Source of the DNA: Octopus bimaculoides
Lineage: Eukaryota
Reading direction: 5' to 3'
Assembly: GCF_001194135.2 (NCBI RefSeq)
Contig: NC_068993.1
Span: forward strand, 20,012,282-20,076,281
Length of the DNA stretch: 64,000 nucleotides
Position numbers and translations under genes: made by a program. Below are positions 40,439-55,400 of this stretch, piece by piece. Numbering within the stretch: the first letter of the stretch is position 1; every line of letters starts with the position of its first letter. Under the pieces are notes generated by a model. The model saw nothing but the letters and a program-made list of their open reading frames with translations. It was not told the DNA's origin and made no database searches.

Positions 40439-40456
40439 CATGTGTGTGTGTGTGTA

Positions 40457-40490
<34 letters not shown>

Positions 40491-43400
40491 CATGTGTGTG
40501 TGTGTGTGTACGTATATGTTTGTGTGTCTGTTTGTCCCTCAGCATTGTTTGACAACCAATGCTGGTGTGTTTGCATCCCTGTAACTTAGCGGTTCGGCAA
40601 AAGTCACTGATAGAATAAGTTCTAGGCTTACAAAGAATAAGCTCTGGGATCGATTTGCTCGACTATAAAGGCAGTGCTCCAGCATGGCCGCAGTCAAATG
40701 ACTGAAACTAGTAAAAGAGTATAAAATAAACAAAGAGGCAACAATTTGAAAATTTCAACTGTTGCTTTAACTACTTTTGGTTAATCGTAGCAATAATGTT
40801 TTTTTTGCCTTTTAATTCTTTAGCATTCACATTACGCTGTCAAATGTGATGTTTATTCACGCTGTTTTCAACTAATCACTTATGATGTAGCTTTGTGATT
40901 TCGATGGTGTGATTGTATATTTTCAAAATGACATTGTAGGGTTCGTGTGAGAGGCAGGGTTTGGCCAGCTTGATCATAAAACATGCACAATATTTGGGCT
41001 GGATATAGTCAGATTAAATGCTGAAAGGTTGAAGACAAACCATGACCACAGAACTGTAACTTTACTGTAATTATATATATATGTTATATGTTCAATTAAT
41101 TTTGTTTGTTGACCTAAGTTAATTATTTAAAAAAATGAAATCAGTAAAAAATAAGTAACTACTTTATAGGTTATATTGATGTTAACCTGTCATGAAACCT
41201 GTCTTTGTGTTCTGAACTTTTAGATTGTTGCACTGCCTTACAACACGATGCTCCACCGTTCCACACGTGAGTCTTGTGGAATCAAGCTGGAAGGTAATAT
41301 TGTTATCATAGACGAAGCTCACAATCTGCTGGAGACTATCAACAACATTCATAGTGTTGAAGTGTTCGGATCACAAGTAAGAGATATTCCCACCTCCTCC
41401 ACTTCATTGTTTTTTTATTTAATTACATTTTTTGTATAAAATATGTTTCTTTGATTGCTGTGTTTATTTGTTGGTGAAGGAGCCTGGTGTAGCCATCTGG
41501 TTCACCAGTCCTCAGTCAAATCGTCCAACCCATGCTAGCATGGAAAGCGCACGTTAAACGATGATGATGATGTTGGAAGCACAGGCATGGCTGTTTGATA
41601 AGTTTGCTTCCCAGCCATATGGTTTGGGTTCAGTCGTTCTTGGGCAAGCATCTTCTGCTATAGCCTTATTGGGCTATAGTAGCCATGTGAATAGATTTGG
41701 TTGACAGAGGCTGAGAGAAGCCCGTGTGTATGTGTGTTACTGTCTTCTTATCTTGACATCACATGATAGTTATGAGTGGTACCATCAGCTAGGAGTGTCC
41801 TTTATTTCTCATCTCCCATGAAAACATGTTTAATCATGTGGAAATATTAACTTAAGTGGTGAAAAAAAAAAAAAAACAAATGAGGGCTGGTGGCATGAAG
41901 AACATCGGGCCATTGAGAATCTACTTCTACAAATTACATCTAACCCATGCAAGCATTGAAAGTGGATGTTAAAACAATAATGTTGATGACACTTTTTTTT
42001 TTTTTGTGAAGTCAAACAAACTGAAGGAAGCAGAGTTGTCTCTCTTGTGTAGTAACGCAACACAATGACAATTGTAGTTGAGAAAAACAAGGTGAACCTT
42101 CATCAGATGTTTAATAATAAGAATTATCATTTATTATGGCCAGATTCCAACCCGGGTCAGAGCAACAAGGTCCGCCTGCCACACTTTCCAGGTCAACATC
42201 ATTGCTTCGAGGTCTTGGATACATTTCAGGCCAGTGTCTGTGATCAAGTTGTCAATGCAAGTGTGGCAGCGTTTTCCTCTTTTTACATCTCCATGACTTC
42301 ATAGATGATATAGTACACATATCTGATGTCAAAATTGTTCTGCACACAAATGTCAAGAACCCTGAATACACGTCTTTCAGCCAATCAAGTAATGCTGAAC
42401 TGTTTGCACTGTGAAGTTCCGAATTTGATGTTAATGGAAACTTCAAGTATTTAGGTGGTTGGGTGAGCAGTTTGGAAGCAAACATCAAGATCAAGAAAAC
42501 ACAAGCATGGACAGCCTGTCACAAACTGAAGGTCTGGAACTCCAAATTACCAAAGCAAATCAAAATCAAACTGTTCATTGGAATTGTCAAATCAGTGATA
42601 TTATAAGGTAGTGAAACATAGACACTGACAAACTAGTAATTGTTGGTCCAATACTTTTGATCTTTTAGGTGTGAATAAGTTTCTACAGCTTGTCTGGTTA
42701 GTAACATTTATATGTAAAACATTAGTGCCAAATCTAATTCCACTAATTTTTTTGTTTCATTATAGCTCTGCCAAGCACATTCCCAGCTGAGCCAGTACAT
42801 ACAGAGATATCGCAATAAGTTAAAAGCAAAGAATTTAATGTACACCAACCAGATTCTGTTCCTGTTATCCAGATTTGTTGTATATATTGGAGGTTTGTAG
42901 TGATTAGATTTTTTGTTTAATTGCTAAAAGATTCAGTGGTTTATTGGTTTGACATAAATTTAAACAATTATTGGTTGGTAGATCTAGAGAAAATATAGAG
43001 AGAGAATTCCTGAGGATTGCTGTTTCAGGAGGAAAAGAATTGGAGAATTCTACTATTGCAATGAGTAGATTAACATTTTTGAGCCTAATGCTTAAAAATG
43101 ATTTCAAAGGAGTAAAGGTTTCTGCAGAAAATGATACAATTTAATACAATGGTTTTATCATTTTACTTAAAATATGTTTCTTTTAGGGAAAAAGCTCTTT
43201 CTTTTTTTTTTTTTCTTTACTTTGCTACTATTTACAGTAGGGTGTAAATGAACTATCCTAGGTTTATGAATAGTATTCAGTTGTGGGTTTATTAAAGCTT
43301 TGTAAAGAGTTAGTTTTTGTTGAAACCTATCCTCATTATGCAGGATTGTAGAAAGTAAACTTTTTTTGATCAGTTTGCCATACGACACTGAACCACTGCC

Positions 43401-46400
43401 TCCTCCTGTATAAGGTCAACAAAAGATCCGGTACTTAGAGATTTTATTGAAGTTCTGTTGGAAGATAGGTGCTTCTTTGTTGTCTTGAAGAACAAGCAAA
43501 GTTGCTGACAACAACAATGGAATAGCTGGTTCCACTACTGTTTAACAACTACAATAATGGTCAGTTAATGGACCAGGAAATTGAGCAGTTCATGTATACT
43601 GATGACCTCTTTTTGTAGCAGAGAGTTCTCTTGAAACAATTGAAGCAAACCTAATCTGATCCCTTGATGAATTACTCTTCTTTTACAAATACAACCATCT
43701 ACATGGCAACCCTGTGAAGATTCAAGCCTGATTATTCCATCTCTGGAATTGTGAAGCCAACCAACCACTTTTGAACACCATACTGAAAGATGGTTTCTGT
43801 TACAACATCCTACAAAAACTGGTCAGCTTCAAATGGAGAACCACAGCACACACATTAAGATCTACTGCTCTGGCCTCATGCTATTCCACTGTGCATTACC
43901 TGTCTAGGAAAGATCAACCATTGGTAAAAAAAAACCTACCCAGCATTGAACAATACCTATTGCTTGATCACTGGTTGCATGAAACCCACCAACACAAGCA
44001 AGCTGCACCTTTTCATTAGCAGTGCCTCTGCTGGTATCAGCCAAGAACTGGCCAATTGAATTGAGATAACAGAGCCTACTAGTGATGTCACTTCCTCCAT
44101 AACAATATTTTACACAGAGAGTAGCCTCCATTTCTAGATGGGAAAACTTGAGAATGACATAAGTTTCTCTTCTACTGAAGATCATCTTCCTGGCTTAGAG
44201 ACATCATGAATTTAGTGGAAGACATTCAGCCATTTGAGAATGAGAACTGGGTTATCAAAAGTTGTTTTGGTCTGATGGGGCTGCAAGACTGGCCCAAAGA
44301 CCTGTAAATGTGGAGAAGCAGACCATACTATGCAGTACTACATTGTCTGGTCTCCACTACCCAACCCCTGCAGCTCAAAAGACCTTGCAGAGTGTAATAA
44401 AGGTGCAAAGAACTGTGTAGAGAAATAAGAAACAGCCATGTAGCCACTATGCATCAAGGAGTCAAGGGTCGTTGCTGAGTGCAGCATTGTTCATGCCAAA
44501 AATTAAAAAAGAAATACTTTAAATTAACTAAGATATAACCCCCCTCCCACACACACACACACACAGAGAAATTAACTTTGGTATAATATATGTACACTCA
44601 CAGAACAATATGAAAATTCCTTAACAGTGCACTCTGATTCAGATACAAGCAATTGCAAATAATTAGCAGATTGAGGACCGTTGATCTCGATATAAATGAA
44701 ATAGTATTTATTAATCTATCCAAATTTGAATATAGTCATTGGGTAATAATAACTGATAAAATAACAGGTTCCAAAGAGCAAACTTCTGCCAGAAAATTAG
44801 CTGTTTGTGGCCATTCATTGGATTTCAGAAAAGTAATTTCCTTGAGAAATAATGTTGCAGAAGAGAGTTCAGTCTAGCAAAAGGTTTGGCCTCTGCACCA
44901 ACCATAATGGTACTGTAGAAGTGTAATAGAAAGAGAAGTTGTGGACATTAAAGTCATTGAGGATGATGACTTCAGAGAAGAGTAATGTGAGGTACATGTC
45001 CTTGATGCAGAATTAGAAATAGTCAAACAGTTGCTGGTGGTTAAATGTATTTATTGAGCAATATGGACAACAAATAAATGGGAGGAATGGAAAAAAATAG
45101 AGATTTTGAGTAAGAATATCTGGAAGACTCTGTTGTTGTTATTTATTGAAAGAGTTAATTGATAAGGGAGAGTGTATTTGACATATAGACCAGTGATTCC
45201 CTAGAGGGGCACACATACCGGTGGGGCATGGGGTCCAAATTTTCTTTTCTTTTTTTTTTTTAGTGTGACATGGAATTGTGAATATCGTTTTTTCATAGCA
45301 AACATACTATCCCTATACTTTTTTATCCAACCGCTGGTGGGGCATACATTTTTCTGCAAAGTTATAGTGGGGCTTGGAGGAAAATAGGTTAGAGAACACT
45401 GATGTAGACACTATCTTTCATAGCAATATTTTAATACAAAATGTAGCCTGGATAACAAAGGTGGGCTATAGTCTTAGGATAGCATTATGCGTTTCAGAGA
45501 AGGATATGATGTGTAACCTGCATGCTTATAAGAAGTAATATGTGGGGTCCAACTTGGACAGAAGTCTGAAGTCATGTTACTAACTCCTGTCTTTTTTACC
45601 TTTTTTTTAGAAACATTTTGATTAGGTGGCATCATAAAATACGCAAAAGAGTCATTAGCCTAATAAAAGACAGATTAAAACAGTTAATTGTAAGGAAAGA
45701 GGGGAGACTAACACAATAGAAAGTGAAAATAAAGAGCAAGAATATAACTTAATTATCATGAAATGCCTATATTACCATTTTAGTTAATATCTATAATTTT
45801 ACCTTTTTTCAGGTTGTTTAGACATGCCCTCTGATTCTCAGCATTTGAAGAAAATTGGTGAGTTTGCTCAAATTCTTACTTTATGTGGACACAATGTTTA
45901 GCAGCATTTCTTCTGTCTTTTTTTTTTTTAATTTTGAGTTCAAGTACCACCAAAGCCAACTTTGCCTTTCGTCCTTTTGGACTCGATAAAATGAAGTACC
46001 AATTGATGCAATCCACCAACCTCCTACCCTGTGCTTCATCATCGTTTAACGTCCGCTTTCCATGCTAGCATGGTTTGGACGATTTGACTGAGGACTGGTG
46101 AAACCGGATGGCAACACCAGGCTCCAGTCTGATTTGGCAGAGTTTCTACAGCTGGATGCCCTTCCTAACGCCAACCACTCAGAGAGTGTAGTGGGTGCTT
46201 TTATGTGTCACCCGCACGAAAACGACCACGCTCGAAATGGTGTCTTTTATGTGCCACCCGCACAAGCCAGTCCAGGGGCACTGGCAACGATCTCGCTCGA
46301 AAATCCTACAGGAGCCAGTCAGGCGGTACTGGCAACGGCCATGCTCAAAATGGTGCATCTCATGTGCCACNNNNNNNNNNNNNNNNNNNNNNNNNNNNNN

Positions 46401-49400
46401 NNNNNNNNNNNNNNNNNNNNNNNNNNNNNNNNNNNNNNNNNNNNNNNNNNNNNNNNNNNNNNNNNNNNNNNNNNNNNNNNNNNNNNNNNNNNNNNNNNNN
46501 NNNNNNNNNNNNNNNNNNNNNNNNNNNNNNNNNNNNNNNNNNNNNNNNNNNNNNNNNNNNNNNNNNNNNNNNNNNNNNNNNNNNNNNNNNNNNNNNNNNN
46601 NNNNNNNNNNNNNNNNNNNNNNNNNNNNNNNNNNNNNNNNNNNNNNNNNNNNNNNNNNNNNNNNNNNNNNNNNNNNNNNNNNNNNNNNNNNNNNNNNNNN
46701 NNNNNNNNNNNNNNNNNNNNNNNNNNNNNNNNNNNNNNNNNNNNNNNNNNNNNNNNNNNNNNNNNNNNNNNNNNNNNNNNNNNNNNNNNNNNNNNNNNNN
46801 NNNNNNNNNNNNNNNNNNNNNNNNNNNNNNNNNNNNNNNNNNNNNNNNNNNNNNNNNNNNNNNNNNNNNNNNNNNNNNNNNNNNNNNNNNNNNNNNNNNN
46901 NNNNNNNNNNNNNNNNNNNNNNNNNNNNNNNNNNNNNNNNNNNNNNNNNNNNNNNNNNNNNNNNNNNNNNNNNNNNNNNNNNATTCTTATTCTAGCAGCT
47001 ACACTTTCAGCGCACCCACCCCCACTACTAACTTGGTCGCCCAGATAGCGGAAGCTATCGACTACCTCTAGTTTTTCACCCTGGAATGAGATAGAAGTTG
47101 TTTCCTGTTTGTTTGCAGTCTTTATTGCACCTGAACATCTGCCACAAACAAAAACTAACTTGCTAGTTAACCTGCCTTTGATGTTGCTGCACCTCTTATG
47201 TGTCCATAGCTTGCACCGGGTACATCTTATAGAGTTACTACCTACTCCTTTTCTACATACTGAGCAGGGCCATCTACCTGAAGGGGTTTGTGTTAATTTT
47301 TTTTCTTTTCTTTTTTCCAGAATCTAAAATTTTTACAATCAATGATTTCTTGTATGAAACCAAACTGGACAATATTAACTTATTTAAGATTCTACGATAC
47401 TGTCAGAAAAGCCAGATTTCCAAAAAGGTAAGTGCAACCAAGTATGAATAAAGATAAAATCATGTACTTTATTTTCCTTTTCGTGGGATCCCTATTAAAA
47501 TGGTTATACAGCTTTGTTATACTTCTGTATGTCTGTCTGAAGGCACATTGTGTAGTGCTTAGTATAGTTTCACAAATGTTGGGTAGTAAGTTCAATATTC
47601 ATACCAGGCAGTGTGTTGTTTCGAGGTACTTCATTTCACAGTGCTTTAGTGAAACACAGCTGAAAATGAGAGCCAGCAGTAGCTGACATGTTAATATCTA
47701 TGGAGTCTTATACTTTGATTTATTTACATGCCAGGCATAAGTTTTAACCTTAATGGGTCTGCAGGCTCAGAGGACGTTAATTTATGTATGCCCCACTCTC
47801 TTTATGTGTGCAAGCATGTCTCTTTATGTGTATGAGGAGAGAGGAAAGTGTTTATGTCAGTTGGTTACAATTAATAAATTGTTATGTCTGTCTCTCTCTC
47901 TTTCTTGCATGTGTGTGTGTTTGCCTCTAGTGCCAAAAAGTAGTGTTACCAAAGCATCTTCAGTGTACAGTTAGATGTACCCCATCTCTAGCATCTAGAT
48001 AACCATGCCCATTTGCCTTATTCTGAACTCTAATATCTCTCTCTCTCATCCTTGCATATTAAGAGCAAATATGTGTTGATGTTAACTGAATGAGCAATAA
48101 GTGTCTCAGGACGGACATCAGTCTATTACATGTAACATTTACAGATGATCTGATACTTGTCCCCTGGCTCTATTTGAATTGGAATTCAACTGAACTGAAG
48201 CAGAATCGTATAAAAGTCTTCTATACTGTGCTATGGTATGGAATAAGTGGGCACTGCTTTTCAGGCACTAGACATTTGGCCCAGTTGTTTGGCAGTGGCT
48301 GTTTTTGGTATTAGAAACAGACACTCAAATGCACACACATTCAAACGCGCATGCACACAGAAACAAATACTTAGAAAAATGGCTGAATAGATTAAAAGAT
48401 AAAGAAAGAGAGATTAAAATATATTTACTGATTTATTCACACATACACACGTGTAAAAGGTTGATAGCAACATTGAGACATTAGTCTCTCTCTATCACCA
48501 TTCAACAAAAATATATTAGGAAGCAATAGAACAAACGCCGGTGGGAACAATTAACAGCAGAATATAATAAGTTTTACTTGGTGATGCTAGCCTTTACAAA
48601 ACCTGTGTCATTCAGCCTGGTCGCCGCTGGTTAACTTGTAATCAGCATCTGGAGATTAAGAGCTTCGTTGAGGCATCCCAGAGGAGCGAGTTGTTGTCAC
48701 ATCGAAGGCATCGTGCTAAAGAAGCTTAGAAAACGCGCGAAACGCTTTAAGTACTGGCTTACTGCGCATGCGCACTCGAGGGGCTTTCGTGATGGCAAGT
48801 CCCTTGCGCATGCGTAGATTGCACTTCCTTAATGACGGCCATAATTTCGCGTCACTACACACGCACACATAAACCGAGATTATAATAAACAAAAATAGTT
48901 AAAATGGAGTTATCTCCCTTCAGATGACACAAATACTCTGTGATTTTGTTTTCGGCGAACCTTTAGTGTTTAATTAAGTAAGCATTTATCATTCAAAGAA
49001 AATATTACTACGCTTTTGTGTGTTTTGAAGATGCCATGTTTCGGGGAGAAACACCCGGGCTCATCTTTCATTTCGTTATCTGGCTGTGACAACCAACGTA
49101 AGAATCTTTCTGAGTAAGTGATGGAGAAAAAAAAAAAAGAAAAGCTGTCCATCCTTTCAGGATCACTAATATAAGATACCTGCCTGTAAAGTACCTCGAT
49201 CAATCTAATTTCTAGCCATGTGTTTATATACGAAATCGATATTACACAATGCTTAAGGTGACAAGCTGGCAGAATTGTTACTGCACCAGGCAAAATCATT
49301 AGCAGTATTTTGCCTCTCTTTATGTTCTGAGTTCAAATTCTGCTGAGTTTTGGAGTTGATAAAATGAGTACCAATTGAGTACTGGAGTTGATGTAATCAT

Positions 49401-52400
49401 CTAGCCCCTCCCCCCAAGTTTACTGGCTTTGTGCCAAAATTTGAAACCAATATTATATAATGCTTGGTTGGAACAGAATGAATGGCACATTTCTGCAGAT
49501 TTTAGTTCTTATCATAACCTCATTAATGAAGTTTTGTTTTGTATTGTTTTTATAGTTGAATGGTTTTGTGGAAAAATACCAGCCATCTTCAGTAAAATAT
49601 GGTAAGATGACTATTTTAATTTTTTTTTTTTTCATATTTTATTTAAGATTATTGATGTTGTTGTTATCATTACTGTAAGGTAATGAATTGGTTGTGTTAA
49701 TTAACTAATTTCTCACTCCAAATTTATGAATTTGTGGTTATATTACAAATTATTATAACTGTCATGGATCAGTATTGGATAAAATACCATGCAGTATTCT
49801 GAGATCAAATCCTGCTCAGGTCAGCATTGCTTTTCATTCTTCCAGGTCTTAATAAAATAAAGTACAATCAAATATTAGAATTGATTTACTCAATGACTGA
49901 AACAAGTAAAAAATAAAAATAAAATGTTTCTAACAATTTCCTACATTCTTCTAAGGTTTTTAATCTTTTGTGTTATATAAAGTTTAAATCCAAGATTTAT
50001 GGTACAAGGTACACATCGATGATGACGGATTTAAAAAGTACCAGACCATGGAACTCTGGATTTAAGAGGTTCAACCTGTATTATGAATGGCATTAATAGA
50101 AAAACACCAGTTTAAATGCCTTGCACTATTTAGTTGCATCTTTTTATGTCCTGAGTTTAAATCCCTTCAGGAGCTACTTTACTCTTCAACCCTTCAGAGT
50201 CTATCAACCAAGAAGTACCAGTAATATACTGGTTCTTAATTCTACTGACTACACCCTTCTCCCATGACTTTTTGTTCTTATGGTAATATAAGAAGTTGTG
50301 TTATTTTAGTTGTTGTTATTTCTCAGATTAGCCTTAACCCAGCAGATCTATTATCAAGTTCATATCACTTGTGCCACTCTAGTCATATTTCTCAATTACA
50401 GTATCCCAAGACTTCACTATCAAATGTGTCCTTCCTTTTTAAATGCTAGAGTATGATTTGGTTACTATTTTCAGCTGGGCAAGCAACTATGTGGCAGCTT
50501 CTTCATGAGTTTGTTTGGAACCAAATCGTATGTGTGTGTGTGTATGTATGTATATATGTATACATAATAGAGGAAATTGAAAATGCAAGTCATGGGCAGT
50601 CAAACAGATTCTCGAATACATACATGAAGATATTCAATCAATGTAATTTAATCATATATATTTATACACATCAGTATAAATTATGCATGTACAGGCGTAA
50701 AGATTCTTCAAGGGTATAAAGAATAGAAACAAATATACATAAAAATATAGGAGAAATATAAAAACATATAAAAATACATATAAAATTACATATAAATAAA
50801 GATTACATGGAAAGAGTTATGCGTGATAAATATAGGAGGTGCAAAATGAATGGGAGGTTGATAAATATAGGAATAAAAATGTCAACCTTCAAAAATGGCA
50901 AGCTGCCTAAATCGTCTAAAAATTCCTTATACATCCCTCTCTCTCTTTCGGAGAGGCACAAGCACATACACAGACATATACACATGCGGCAGTAACTTCC
51001 GCCTACCAAATTCAATCACAAAGTTTCGGTCGGCCCGGGACTATAGCAGAAGACACTTACCCAAGGTGCCACGCAGTGAGACTGACCCCGAAACCATGTA
51101 ACTGGGAAGCAAGCTCCCTAACCACGCAGCCATGCCTGCACCTCTGGGATATAAGATAGAAATGACGCAAGATATCAAGGTTAAGAAAAATAAATTAAAT
51201 AGGATCTGAAAATAAGAGGGTGTTCCATTTATGGCTGTTTCAGGGGTACATTACTAGTCAGGTAACTTTGATATCATGCATCATTTCTATCTCATATCCC
51301 AGATGTATAAGGAATTTTTAGACGATTTAGGTGGTTTGCCATTTTGAAGGTCGACGTTCTTATACCTATATTTATCAACCTCTCATTCGTTTTGCACCCC
51401 CTATATTTACCACACATAACTCCTTACATGTAATCTTTATTTATATATGTTTTTATACTTCTTCTATATTTTTATGTATGTTTGGTTTTATTCTTTATGC
51501 CTATACATGCATGATTTATGTTGATGTGTATAAATATATATGATTCAATTACATTAATTGAATATCTTCATTTATGCATTCAGGAATCTGTTTGACTGCC
51601 TTTGATTTGCATTTTCAATTTCCTCTACTCTGTATTTTTTCTCATTGGCTCTCTATGAGCACTCCATAAATAGCCCATACTTTCTATAACATATGTATAT
51701 GTGTGTGCATATATATATGTATATATGTTTATATATATATATATACACACACACATGCACACACATTTATGTATATGCTTTTGCATCTGTGTTTGCCCTA
51801 TATACCTACCTACCACTGCTTGACAACTGGTGTTGGTGTGTTTACATCTTCATAAGAGACCAATAGAATAAGTGCCAGACTTTAAAATAAGCATTGGGGT
51901 TGATTTGTTTCACTAAAACTCTTCAAAGCACCTTAGCAGGGCTGCAACTATATAACAGCTTCCTCATGAATTTATTAGAAAGAAATTATTGGTAAGAAAA
52001 CAACACTGGATTGGCAGACTTTGGAAAGCGTTGAATAAAATGCCTTTTGGTATTTTTGTTAGAACCCTACACCTTTTGCGTTTAAATCTCACCAAGGTTG
52101 ATTTTGCCTTTTGTCAATCAGATGCTGATAAGATAAATGCAATTGTAATGCTTGTAGTTGATTTTATTGACTATTACCTCTCCCAATTTGCCAGAATTGT
52201 GTTTATTTGAGAAATAATTTTGGTGGGTAAGAAATGCTTATTGTTTCATGGTTGAATTTTAATTTGAAACTTTTTCTTCTAATAGTACCTCTTTCTGTGA
52301 AAAAACCTGAGGATAGTCGTTCTGGTATTAGTCAGTTTTTGGAACAATTAAGCGACAAACAGAATTCTTGCAAGAATACTCCTAATAAAGGTAATGAATT

Positions 52401-55400
52401 TAAACATTTCCTAGTTATGTTTGTTTGGTAAATAACTTGATTTTTGAACATGTATTGAAATTATCATCGTTACCATCATCATCATCATTTAGCTTCCGTA
52501 TTCCTTGCTGGACAGTTTAACTTCCATATTCCATGTTGAACTGTTTGACTAGATGTAGCAGGCCAGCGGACTGTGCCAAGCTCCAATGTCTGTTTTGGCT
52601 TGGTTTCTATGACTGGATGCTCTTCTTAGCAACCTTACAGAATGTACTGGGTGCTTTTCTGTAATGCCAGCACTTGTGAGGTTGCCAAGCAGCTTGCAAG
52701 ACAAGACTCCTTGATTGAAGCAAGGTGTAGTATTGTGAAAGGTAGCTAAAATAAATACATCATGGTAAAGCTATAATGGCTACTTAAATAAACTCCTGCC
52801 TTCAATATTCATTTGTGTTTTATTTTGTGATTTGTAGAATGTATGATGCTTGTTTACAAAGTATAATATTGCATAAGTGAAGTGTGTCTGATGACAAAGG
52901 AGGGTGTGTGGGTGTGTTAAGATTAGATAGAATTAAGCATGTTCCATTGGATAAGTCATATCAGCAAGCACAAACAGTGGAACACAAGTGTACTGAGAGA
53001 AAAACTGAGCATCGAAGGTGTTTGCTCTTGTGCATTACATATAAGAATTTGGTGAAACAGACATTTGATGTGTAAGAAGGATGAGAATTGGTTGAAAATT
53101 GCCATATAATGCAGGTGAGTGTAGCCTGAAGAAGAGGGACACCAAAGAAGATATGGGCAAAAGGGTAAGGGCTATGAAGATGCTAAGCCTCACAAAGAAC
53201 TGCAACAAGTGGGAAGACACTTTGCTAAGCTTAAGCTGCCATAGTAAAGCATAGTAAAATGGTGATGGTGAAGGCGGTATCAATCGCAGTTGCAGCAGTG
53301 ACAGTAGTATTCTGCTATACTATATTTTATAGTGAAAGTCAGCTGCTAGCTGGCTTTTATAAACCTTGAAGGAGTGTGTTTGCTTGTCCTGCTTTTAACT
53401 GAAGCCTTTGGCTAATCAGAGCTTTGTGTGTGGATTTGTTCAACAGAGAAGCCCATCCTATATATGTGTTTTCTGTATACTTGTTGATATTTTTTGAAAA
53501 TTGCTCATTTATGAGCAGTGACTTCACTTCACCTGTCAACAGGCCATCTACTGGCATTGTACCTTCAAAGATGTGTAGAATAAGGCCTGGAAAATAAGTA
53601 AGGCTTAGAAATAGAAAGCATATCAATGCTGTTGTTTCTGCAAATATATGCAAATATATGCAAATATATGCTGACAGATACCAGAGATATTAAGGCGGCG
53701 AGCTGGCAGAAACGTTAGCACGCCGGGCGAAAAGCTTAGCGGTATTTCATCTGTCTTTACGTCCTGAGTTCAAATTCCACCGAGGTCGACTTTGCTTTTC
53801 ATCCTTTCGGGATCGATAAATTAAGTACCAATTATGCACTGGCGTCGATATAATCGATTTAATCCCTTTGTCTGTCCTTGTTTGTCCCCTCTATGTTTAG
53901 CCCCTTGTGTGCAATAAAAGAAATAAGAAACCAGAGATATTTCATGTTTTATGAATTTTCATATTTCTTTTATGATGCATAAGTTTATAGATCATTGTTT
54001 CATTATGTTTAAAGATTTTGATGTCTCCAATTTCATTCTATAGTTAATGTTGTTTAATTATTTTGTTTACATATCTCTCTTGAAATGCACTACCATTGTT
54101 TCATTTAATTTACAAAATACACAAAGAATCTAGTAAAATGACTATTATTATTATACTGGTGCCAGTGGCACGTAAAATGCCAGTGGCCGGTGGCACATAA
54201 AAGCACTCACACCACTCTCGGAGTAGTTGGCGTTAGGAAGGGCGTCCAGCTGTAGAAACTCTGCCAAATCAGATTGGAGCCTGGTGGAGCCAACTGGTTC
54301 ACCAGTCCTCAGTCAAATCGTNNNNNNNNNNCTGGTGGAGCCAACTGGTTCACCAGTCCTCAGTCAAATCGTCCAACCCATGCTAGCATGGAAAGCGGAC
54401 GTTAAACGATGATGATGAGGAGGATGGAAGATAAATGATAAAATCTTGATGGAAGGTTTTAATTTAGATCACTTTAAACAGGAAGTTTATGTCAGAGATC
54501 CAGGGGTGGTCTCAGGCGGGTTGCTATCAAAAGGGTTAAAACCTAACACTCAAACATATATGAAGATACATAGAAATAAGCAGAATAATATTAGAAAGAG
54601 AGAGTGTAGGGTGTCTGTGCATATGTGTGATATTAGTAATGGTGTACTTGAAAATTACGATCAATATTAACCCATTATGTGTTGTTCTTTTTCCTACTCA
54701 GTTTTTTAACTTCTCTTTCATTATGCCCATGTTTCTCTTTACCAAATTTTTCTACCAAGTTCCTGAGCCAGTACAAAATACTAACGAACCACCTGAGATG
54801 AGATCTCCACTCATGCATATTGAGAGCTTTCTGAAAGCCCTGACAAATGCTGATAAAGATGGCCGTATTGTACTTAACAGGAAAAGTAAGTAATAACAAA
54901 AACAACAAACACATTACCATTCTTATTGTTCATTATTATATATTAGTATTTACACTATTATCGTTGTGTAGCTCCTTGTTATCCCTGATTTAACAGACCT
55001 ATGATCAAAGGCTTTCTGACCATGACTATCCTGTCTGTTTTGTTTCTAGGAACATAGTATAAAGAACCTCATTATCCATGAATTCTTTCTTTTGTAAGAT
55101 AATAGAGAAATGTCGCTGCTATTTCTAGCATAATGGGCTATCGCAATAGTGGGTTGAAGTCACAGGTGGGCTACTGTGGTGTTCTTTTGGGACCACTGAC
55201 CATTTATAAAAATTTTTCAAATTTAATTTGTCTGTTGGCTATTGAACAGTTGATGACTTTCAGATAGTCTTTTGTGTCACCATTTGTTTAATTTTTGCTT
55301 ACATAAACATTGCTAATAATAGAAATGGTGAGATTACATGGAAATATTTTTACATGTAAAATATGATAAAATAAACACATAGGCTATGGACAAAAGTAAA

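Noticed and set aside
48712-48756. Hammerhead-like ctaaaga...gcgaaac
   Set aside because: G5 is mutated, stem II is weak and there is no convincing stem I.
49031-49113. Alternative coding first exon for a short DDX11 isoform
   Set aside because: The ATG frame ends in phase 2, whereas exon 16 needs phase 0. The other ATG hits a stop.
54281-54372. Tandem duplication around an ~10-N gap
   Set aside because: Identical sequence on both sides of the gap indicates an unmerged contig overlap.
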